Shown: piece after piece, positions 54,306 to 64,000 of the stretch
Position numbering within the stretch: the stretch's first letter is position 1
Layout: every line of letters starts with the position of its first letter
Source of the DNA: the human T2T-CHM13v2.0 reference genome, Homo sapiens
Direction: 5' to 3' (one strand)
Length of the DNA: 64,000 nt
NCBI RefSeq assembly: GCF_009914755.1
Contig: NC_060937.1
Program-made: the position numbers and the translations under genes
Notes under the pieces: generated by a model
Databases searched by the model: none
The model's input: only the letters and a program-made list of their open reading frames with translations
Told to the model about the DNA's origin: nothing

Positions 54306-54749
54306 ATGTAGGTCAGGGTTATTGTTAGCTACATATAACAACAAAATCCCCAAAAATAGTGGCTGCAAGCAAACAGTTTATTTCTTGCATTTTAAAAGTG
54401 GCAGTAGGTGGTCCATATTGGTTTAGGAGACCCAGATATTCATCAGGTCCCCTGGAAATTGTACCAATCTTATAACATGACCTTCCTGGTCAAGGTTCAA
54501 GGTGTCTGCTGGAGCTCCTGAACATTACACTTGCATTTCAGGTGGCAAAATGGAGTGATAAAAGGAAAAGGAATGTGCCTTCCATTTGAGATGATCCCCC
54601 TAAAGGATTACACCAAATGCACACAGACATTCAGTGTACTTGGTCTCACTGACACATGCAGCTGCAAATTAGTTTCGGATACTCGGGTTCTATTCCTCGA
54701 CAGTGAAGAGAGAATGTCTATTGGGAAGCAGTTGTCAGTCTCTCATACA
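54306..54749 (-). mobile_element. MaLR LTR (MLT1J-like)
   Basis: tgtaggtcagggt...agctacatataaca...tattgggaagcagttgtcagtctctcataca. Confidence 0.7.
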
Positions 54750-56691
54750 TGGAGACAAAAGAACTGGACCAAAACCAACTTGAAAAGGTTTTCAGTACAT
54801 CAAACCCATCAGACACAGTAAGCTCCTTCCACAACACACCCTGGTCTTTCTAGTCTCTGGGTTTTTGTTCTCGGTATTCTGTCTACCCAGACTGCCCTTT
54901 TTTCCTTCATATGTTAAGATTCTACTCATCTTTATTATTTGATTTAAAAGCTACTTCCTAACTGAAATCTTTCCTAATCCTTCCTTGCTGAACTTGACCT
55001 TTCCTAGTGATCCCTAGCATCCTGGCTTGGAAAATAAATCATTTTAAACAACTCTATTTCTCTAATTATATTATATGCTCTTGAGGGGCAGGGGTCATCA
55101 TCCATGTATTCACTCATTTACTCAACAAAAGTGAATTGCACAACTATTATGGCCACCTCCATCCCATGTTTTGTATATACAAGATATTTTTTAAAATTTG
55201 TTAAATCATGCAATTACACTTATGCATATTTGAAATAAAATTTTAACAGCATTCTAGGTTTTACAGACCAGTGAGGAGTCAAGGCAATCAGGGATCATCT
55301 GGGCTTCCATCTGTCACTGCCCAAACTACTGGCTAAAGAGCTTGCATGAAGAGACAGCCCTCTCGCTATGTGTGCCTTCAAGGTACCATCCTAAAAGGGA
55401 CAGAGCTGGTCAAAGACAAAGATGATTATTTGGCACATTTGATGACATGAAGAAGTGCTCTTCAAGGGTATTTTGCTTTAAGTAGAAAAAATTCATATTA
55501 AAATGTTTGAGGGGAAAAAAGGGGGAAATCCCCACCACTGGAATAATGTAAATAAATATTATAAGTCATGGATGTTTACTCCTGTTTAGTAGGTCTAGGT
55601 TCTTCCCAGAGATAGTTACTCTGGGCTTTTATTGCCCATACAAAAGAGAAATGCAAAAGAAATGCTGGAATATCCTTAAAAAAAAAAAAACATAAGAAGT
55701 TTTCAATTGTTTGTTTGACTTTGTTTTGTTTTATTTTGTTTTAACAAATCACATTTCACAAAGACTGTTTTTTACACTGCCGTAGGGAAAGCATATTGTT
55801 TAAATAAGTTATGAAAAAGAAGTCAAAATGTACGCCTTTTTTTATAATATTTCCTGCATACTTGAAGTATCACTGAAATCCCAAATATTCTTGCAAAAGA
55901 ATGCTTTCTGAAAATCATACGGAGAAATATGCATCTATATATAATTACTATTATTTTAGAAATAGACAATATGTAGATAAAATATTAATGAGTAGCCACA
56001 TATTAAAAATAAAAATATGCTCATATCTGCTTATATTTAAGAACTCTTTTAAATTTATTACTTGAAGTATCATATTCATTTATACATAATAAATTTTTAA
56101 AATTTGATTCCATTTAGAACATTTTAGCCAATTTAACCTCGATGTGTATAATAAGGTAAAACAAGCAATTGATTATTTTATTTCTTTAAAATACCTGATA
56201 TATCATTGATATAAACATGGCCCAAAATCCATATACTCACAGATATCAGAGTTGAAAAAAAATTTTTTAGATGTTTCATCATTTATATGTATGAAAATGA
56301 AGTATGCCTATTTTATAGATGAAACAATCAAAACTGAGAGAAATCAAATTATTTGTGCAAGATAACAAAGAAATAGTGTGTTTATTACAGAAATTTAGTA
56401 TATTGCCTTTAAGAACTCCTTCAGTAATGGCTATGATTATAATACAAAATTACAATTGCTTTCAAAATCAAATGTAAAGATTAAAAGTAAATTACCTAAA
56501 AAGGTTAAGGGTATAAATTTGTACATTAACCAACAAGTAACAGTTTTTGTGGTAAAGTATCTTTAGAGTTTTTTTTTTATTTTAGTGTCTCAAATTGTAG
56601 TGGACATAAGTCCCTCACAATGCCTTATAAAAGAGTTTTATATTTAAATAAGCTTGGAGATTCAAAAGCCCATGATATACAAAAGAATGGC

Positions 56692-56729
56692 CTTTATGGC
56701 AGGTCTACAAAAGTAGACCTGCCATAAAG
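56692..56729. repeat. Perfect 17-bp inverted repeat with 4-nt loop
   Basis: CTTTATGGCAGGTCTAC-AAAA-GTAGACCTGCCATAAAG. Confidence 0.98.
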
Positions 56730-57194
56730 AAAGTAATTAACTTTTTTTAAAAGCTAATAAATCTCTGACAAACGAGCAAAAATTCCTTTATCTTTCATCA
56801 GCTCTCAACTTCCTAGGTTATTAGTCATTCCTCAGCACACTCTTTGGAAAAACTTGAGAGTGATTTAATCCATCTTGGCAAATCTCTGGGAAGAAGACAT
56901 CTGCCGGTGTGATATTTCTGTCTGGCTTCTTATTTAGGTAACACTAGGATACGGCCCCCTTCCCCAAGAAACTGATGTGTTCTCCTCAATAAGAGGATCA
57001 TCCAGATGTTCCCCAAGCCATAGAAGCACTCAGGCTCCATGGGTCATGTGCATATTATCCAGGCCACTGATACCTGCCTAGGCAGTAGAAATACATTTAA
57101 CATTTAGATAACAATGGCCAGCAGACCATTAATGAAGACTCATGGTGGGCTGCTGTGTTTTACATGCAAAGCATATTTTATTTATCTAACAAAC

Positions 57195-57425
57195 ACTTCT
57201 ATGATACTTAAAATGCTCCAGATAGTATTCTAAGCGTTTTATTTATCTGAATTTATTTAATCTATACAACAATGCCAAGAGGTAGATGCTATTATTGTCA
57301 TAACAGAATGAAGCAACTGAGTATCAGAAAAGTTAAGGAAATAGCGTGAAGTCACACAGCTTTTAAATTGCAGGGATGAAGTTTGAGGCTAGACATTCTG
57401 ACTGCATATAGTTCACGCTCCACTT
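57195..57425 (-). mobile_element. MIR
   Basis: gaggtagatgctattatt...gaagcaactgagtatcagaaaagttaagg...gtcacacagc. Confidence 0.75.
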
Positions 57426-57519
57426 AGAGAATCATCCACATTCTCTGCTGCTCTAGAAAGGAAATGCTAAAAGGACCTCCTCGAATCTCCCTTTGTCAAT
57501 GGTCAAGTCTTCCTGCTAT

Positions 57520-57630
57520 CACTTGTAACACATCATGACCTGGAAACTTATCTGCAATGCAGATGCTCAGCCCCACCCCAGACCTGAAGAATCAGGCTTA
57601 GCATTTTCGCAAGATCCCCAAGTGCTTCCC
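57520..57630. mobile_element. MER5A1-like fragment
   Basis: cctggaaactt...aatgcagatgctcagccccaccccagacct...aagatcccca. Confidence 0.65.
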
Positions 57631-60118
57631 CTGGTAAAAGTAAATGAAATTTACTGGGAGATGAACCTAATCACTCCAATTTCTTATTTCAGCTTTGTTT
57701 TCCAGCAGATACACCCTAAAACTTCTGAAGTGCACATGGATGACCTCTTTACTGCCTTCCCTGGTATGGAGGCCAGAATGACCAAAAATCAGTGAAAGAA
57801 AGAAGAGCCAGTAGAAACATAAGCCATCTGCGAATGGAATCAGACCAAAAAATAAATTGAGAATAAACTTAACAGCATTTTAAAGATGTTTGGAGAGAAA
57901 CGAAATGTTAGCTAATGATAAAAAATTATATTGTGTAACATAGACGTTGCCCCTAATAGCAAATGCTATTGCTTCCAAAAAGATACAGTGTTGCAAAAGT
58001 AGGTTTCATTGAGTTATTTCCACTCAGTACTGAAGCATCAAAAAATGCTTAGTCTTTACTTTCTGCATAATTAAATCTTTTATGAATCAGTTAATAATGG
58101 ACATTAATACTCACTCTTCTCTTACCCAATCTCTAAAGAAACCTCTTTTTTGAAGGGTTCTAAAAATAGTTGATTAGGGTAATTAGAATAACTTAACATT
58201 CCCTTTCCTAATGTTTATTACTAGAAATAAAGACAGTCTGTTGAGTAGCAAGTTGTTTGTAGCCACAAATAAAATACAGATGATAAGAAAATCTAAAAAA
58301 ATCAAACTATACAAGAGAATCTTATGAAACAACCAGAAGAAAACTAATAATAAAAAACACAAATTTAAACTGAAAAGCTGTCATTATGTCAGGGTTCTTT
58401 TATATTTTTGCAAGATACTAATAAGAATTTGAAAATTCATTATTATGTAGGTCATTCTTAAGATATACTTCAATGAAGTTTTAAGGAACAAAATGCTTTA
58501 CCTTTGGATTCAGTTTTATTAAAAGAATATTCCACAATAAGTATAACTGAATTCAATATTCAGTAGTTCTTGCTACAGACTAGCTCTTCACAGTTAATCT
58601 TTTTATTCATCACAAACCATTAAAATAACTTCAGTCCCTTAATAAAGCTAATCATAATATAGTAATTGTATGAATCATCCTTTGATTTGAAGAAATCCAA
58701 CAACCGATAGTTTGACAATGGAATGAATACATTTTCAAATGAAGAGATGGATTTGTTTAAATTACTTTTTCCCTAGTTCAAACAAGATTTTGACATTGTG
58801 ATCCAGCATGACTTTAAGAACCACACAGAAAAAGACCATAGCTAAACTGTGCCTAATTTCCTCAAGAGCATGACCTTAGGGATAGGCGTTTCTGAGAGTC
58901 AAAGCAGGCCTGGATACCCAACAGTTGGTTCTTTCCTTTTTCATGTTTATGATACTAAAACTAAATTTTTCCAAGTCAAATATATCAATTTAACAAACAT
59001 TTAATGAATACTTAGGTATCAGATATAATGCAAGAATAAATAAGATTTAGAGTTTTGGAAATTTACAACAGCACATTAATTCTAAGTCAGCAATTACGCA
59101 TAGGAAAAAGGCACACTATACACATAGCTTAATAGTTCAAAATATCTGGGAATATGGTGATTTCATTTATGGCAAAGAAAATTCCAGAAAGATTTTTTAA
59201 ATTCTTAATTTTGGTTGAATGCACTAATTTCTTTTGTCATTTTGGCATGACCCAAGTCCAGATGAAAGATTGCTAATTCCATTGTCTCCATCAAACATCA
59301 GTGTAATGCTATTAGGCGGCATAAGCTTGAAATCCTTTTCCAAGTGGTGATGATGTATTTGTAGTGATCCATTTACACTTCCTGAAACAATCAGAATGTC
59401 CAGTGTGTGCTGTGGAATGAGTCTACCTGATGATAAGGAATAGGTGGATGTTGAGGTGGGCAGGGTAATGGTGAACCTCAGCCTTAGTCAGCTTGCCCAA
59501 TGCCCTAACACGATTCACTCCTTCTCCACAAAATCCATACCAGTCACTCAGTGAGCATGAATCCAGAATCTGAAACATTATCCCCACACTGTGTCTTCCA
59601 TTTTCAATACAAAGCATTCTATCTTTCTCCACTTATTTGGATAACTTTAACTCATGAAACCATAGTCATATAGAGATAATGCAATTGAGAATAATCTCTC
59701 AGATCTCGGGATCCTTTAACCCCTAGGCTTTTTGGGAGAAGACTCCAAAATATTGCTAAACACATACCTCCATGCTAACTTCCCCACTCTCTTTTAAACT
59801 ACTGACATTTTAAAATTACAAGTGAACAAAGTCTCATCCATCAGCTCTATCAGTTTTAGCACCATAATACTACCCAAAAGAATGCCACTACTAAAGAATT
59901 ATTTGTAACTCTTTCCTGAGAAAGGACAGCTTGAAACCTGGAAGATAATGGTAGAGTTGAATATAATTCAAATTCATGTACCTAAATATAATTCAAATAC
60001 ATATGAATATATATACTAGAGTATACAGCAAAAAAAATAGTACCAATCATAAGCAAAGCCCTGAAATGTACAAATCTATCTTCTTTGAGCCCAGGTTCTC
60101 TGCATTTTGCCCTTATCC

Positions 60119-60494
60119 CCTGGTAGATTGTATCACTGCTTGTCACACATTCCAGGTCCCTCCCTGCTCCATTGAACACAGGAGTGGTGACTTGACTTGC
60201 TTCAGTCAGTGAAAGGTAGCTGCAAGCGTCCTGTATCACTTTTGAGCTAGATTTTTCAAAAACAGAGTATGGCCCTGTGTCTTTTTTCTTCCGCCATGAA
60301 ACCCACCATGTTCTAGATAGAGACTGTTCTGTCAGACGGGAGTCTGGAATGAAAATGTATACAGAGGCACTGCTGAACCACAAAAGGCATAGAATGTTAG
60401 CAAGAAAGAAACCTTTAGCAGAAATTGTTGTAAGCCAGGAATATTTGGGGAATGTTCATTAGTCAGGGAAACTTCGTCTATCCTGATTGATAGA
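60119..60494 (+). mobile_element. MaLR LTR (MLT1I/J-like)
   Basis: tgacttgcttcagtcagtgaa...atgttctagatagagactgttctgtcag...tatcctgattgata. Confidence 0.75.
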
Positions 60495-61398
60495 CCCACC
60501 TGCCTTTCCAGCCTGCCTCAGTACTCCCATTCCTACCCCACTCTCCCTAGCAAAACCATACAGTAAACAAAATGTGGGAAAATCTTACTTTAAAGTAAAT
60601 GTGTAATGAGGATAGGCATGTAGAATCTATGCTTTAATGAGGATCAAGGACTAAAGACAAAAGATGCATCTCCTAGAAGAATTAGAAGAATATCTAGCAT
60701 TCCAGAGTTGGTGAAAAGAAATAAATCTGCTAGTAGGGTCAGAATAGCTGAGGAGGAGTTTCCAGACTTCTATTCATAAAAGGCAGTTGTCCTAAAGTGC
60801 CTTCGTGTTTATTTCAAATCCCATTGCTGAAACCTTTAATCTGGATTTAGCCTTATGGGCAGCATTTCAGACAAATGAGATTTAGACAGATGACTAAATA
60901 GGCATATATGATTACTGCAATGGCCTAAGTAAGTCAATCTAATTATGAGAGTTCTAAGTCACCACTTAGAAACTACAGGTTCCAAAGATTTATTAATTTG
61001 CTCCAAAATACATTTTTAGGAAACAGACTTCTAAAGCAATTATATAACATTTATTATTCTATAATGACAGCAAATTTCTTAAATTAAAAAAAATTAAAGG
61101 CAAACTTTAGAATTGATTTTATACATTGTTTTGGGGAAAAAAAGAAAACTTGAACATGACCTTTTTTTATTTCATTAATTAAAACTAAATTTTCCTTATG
61201 CAGAATAATGCCTAATAAAATTTAATTTACCTATTTGCATTTAATAATGGGTGATGGTCTCCTATGTTTACAAATATTTATCAAACATTTCTCTTTGATT
61301 TATTGACAAAATCAAACAAAAATAAACATGTATTTTTCCTTAGCTGATTTTACATTATGTGAAATTATCTCTGATCATCTAAAAAATAATGTAACGGA

Positions 61399-61942
61399 TG
61401 TGCAAACAGTCTTTAAGGTGGGCCTCTGATTTTTCCTCTTGAAATTCATGGCCTTGTGTCATCACCTCTCCTTGAATGTGGTGAGAACCAGTGAGTTGCT
61501 TCTAACAAACAGAATACAGCAAAGGTGAAGAATGTCAGTCTCGTGATGACATTACATAAGATTGAAACATCTGTCTTACTGAGAAACATTCCCCCTTGCT
61601 GGCTTTAAAGAAGCCAGCTGCCAGATTGTAAGCTACTTTGGAGAGGGTCACAGGCAAAGAAGTTAGAGACAGCACACAGACAGCGAACAGCTGAGATCCT
61701 CAGCTCAACAGCTCGCAGGGAGCAGGATTCAACAACCACGTGAGCTTGGAAGCTGATCTTTCCCTAGCAGAGCCTCAAATAAGACCCCAACCCTGGCTGA
61801 CACCTTGACTGTAGCTTTGCTGAGGACACAGCTAAGCTGCGTCCACATTTCTGACCCACAGAAAGTGTGAGATAATAAACACGACTTGTTTTAAGTCTCT
61901 ATATGTGTGAAAATTTGTTACACAGCAATAGATAACTAATGA
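61399..61942 (+). mobile_element. MaLR LTR (MLT1F-like)
   Basis: ccacgtgagcttggaagc...ctgacccacagaaagtgtgagataataaa...tttgttacacagcaatagataactaat. Confidence 0.85.
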
Positions 61943-63034
61943 AATTCTCTACTTTTTTTGCAAAGCAAGAAAAATAAACTGAACCTGCTTCACTTTGATC
62001 TAAACTTTAAGAAGAAATCAGATATAATATTATTCCACTTTTGAAATTATCTGTGAAAAATGGCAACCACTCTATTGAATCAAAAGTGTACTCAATCAGT
62101 CAGAAAACTAATTCATGCTTTCCTTCAGGATAATTCATTGTTTGCCACTTTCAGCTGTTAGATGATGCCTTTTGTTGCTGATTACAACACAACGAAGTTT
62201 CCTTTGGTGGTTTCTACAAACTGTTAACCTTTAACTGTTCCCAAAATATTTCAAACAAATCAAATGAGCAAATTTGCACTAATACTCTTTACAATGTTCA
62301 AAAGTATGGTTGGTAGGTACATGATCAAAGAGGGGATGATTTTAATATACGCATGAAAATGTAACTTTTCTCCTAAAGAACGACAGAAACTCTAAGATGG
62401 AATGTTTGATGTTATAAATGCAGAGTAAATGATTCAATTTCAAGAGGAATAGTTTACTATGGTTCATTAATTTGAAAACAGCAACCAAACATGATTTCAA
62501 GTAACTTTCCCAAATAATGCAGCCTTAAAATTACTTTTCCCTTCAAAATGCAAGCAGCTGTATTTTGATGCTTTAATTATTTGGACAGCTAATTTCCTTG
62601 TTACTTGCCACATGTGGACAAACAGTAACACATATGAGTATAATTCAATGAAAAATGCAAAAAGTGATCTATCCTAAATTCCCTAAGCATCCTCTGTGTC
62701 TCTCCGTGGCACTTCATGTTCAGCCTCAAACTGTATCTACAACCTGTCCATAGGCAATTACCTTTTGGAAACATAATATTTCTCATAACTCTTCAAATGA
62801 AAAATTGTGCAAAATGTCTGACCTGTCATATTTGATACTAAATGATTTAAATGAACAGGCAGGGGAAATTTCTGAAATACCTTCAAGAATCTACTTACCA
62901 GCATTACCGACCTGACAGGAAAAGAATTCAGTCAAATACACGAGGCCACATAGGTTTATTTCAATTTTCATTAATTTTACTCAGTGGAACCTCTCACATA
63001 ATGGAGAATCATTCATCAAAATATTATGGAACAC

Positions 63035-63800
63035 TGTCCACTTATCTATTGCTGCATAACAAACACCCCAAAATGTAGTTTACAACAACACCCATTTTAT
63101 TGCGTTCTAGAATTTTGGTGGCTCAGGAATTAAGATGTTGTGTAATTAGAGCATAATGATGACCATTAGGGATTTAGCTTCTTCCTCATTTTACTGGTAA
63201 TACTCTATCTCATTTCATAATGTGAAATAAATACAGAACAATGTTTGGAAAGTGATATTTAAAACATTTGCTGTGAGTGATTTGAATTTTTGGAACTATA
63301 TGACCTGCCTAGGTGACTTGTCAGAGGTTATAACAACCTTGCTTCTCTGCACATCCTAGGGAAGTTATCTGAATAAGATTGTGTAGTAAAGAAAAATATT
63401 GATAGTTCTCTCCTCTAAAGTTTGTAAGACTTTGGGAAGATTTGAAGCGGTCAGTGTGATCTAAATGGCTGGGTGGTAAGTTAATCTGCAAGCTTCACCC
63501 ACATGTCTGGTGCATGGCCTGGGAAGACATGAAAGCTGGACTCAACCGAGACTGTATGAAGAAGCCTGCCCAAGGCCTGTCTATGAGGCTTGGACTTCCT
63601 AGCAGTGTGCTGGCCTTGGGCTAATTGAACATCTTACAGGGCAGCTCAAAGCTTCAAGAATACTTGTCCCAGTAAACAGCATGAAAACTGCATGGCCTTT
63701 TATCATCTACCTTGGAAGTCCCAGAACATTATTTCTGCCCTACTCACTCTCAATTGGAGGAGTGTCAAAGAACCTGCCACTGTGTTTCGTAACCACCCAC
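63035..63800 (-). mobile_element. MaLR LTR (MLT1G/H-like) split into two pieces (63035-63134, 63464-63800)
   Basis: tatctattgctgcataacaaacaccccaaaa; cacatgtctgg; gcatggccttttat...ccttggaagtc; gagtgtcaaagaa. Confidence 0.7.
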
Positions 63801-64000
63801 CTGCAAGCTCTCTTCTTTTCCTTTTTTCTTTCTTTTCTTCTTTGCAAGTGATTAGACAAAAATAATCAAGAAACAATGCCTATCTTTAAGAGTACTCTCA
63901 AAATCTAACAGGAGAAACAAAGGCACTGGTATATAATTCATTTTATAGCTTTATCATGTAAATTATTCATGTGCTGCTAGAAATTGTCTTCAGGCTAATA

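Noticed and set aside
59401-59591. CAGTGTG...CACACTG ends suggesting a hAT MITE
   Set aside because: Only a 7-bp terminal match, no 8-bp TSD, and no family recognised

Overview
AT-rich, CpG-depleted primate genomic DNA, most likely human or great ape. The evidence is AluJ/S/Y, THE1/MST/MLT1 and MER65 LTRs, L1M, L2, MIR, MER2 and MER5A repeats. I find no recognisable protein-coding exon, CpG-island promoter or intact RNA gene. The listed ORFs are repeat-derived or chance, so the window looks like a gene desert or a deep intron, and I cannot name the locus. Notable items seen directly in the sequence: (1) Several local templated copies: a ~370-bp inverted duplication (51082-51453 / 52288-52656), a 74-bp inverted repeat nested inside an inverted Alu pair (6095-6564), a 94-bp dispersed direct duplicate (14466 / 17731), an L1 segment copied into its own 3' UTR, a perfect 17-bp hairpin and a perfect 36-bp VNTR. 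(2) A tailless 5S rRNA retropseudogene with target-site duplication (TSD). (3) A near-consensus AluYc1-like insertion that may be polymorphic. (4) CpG-retaining non-repeat blocks with HOX/PBX/MEIS/POU motifs, which are candidate enhancers. (5) Several exon-like splice-site pairs on both strands that could belong to lncRNAs. I see no evidence for a novel multi-gene system. Repeat subfamily calls come from recalled consensus sequences, and boundaries of old repeats are approximate.
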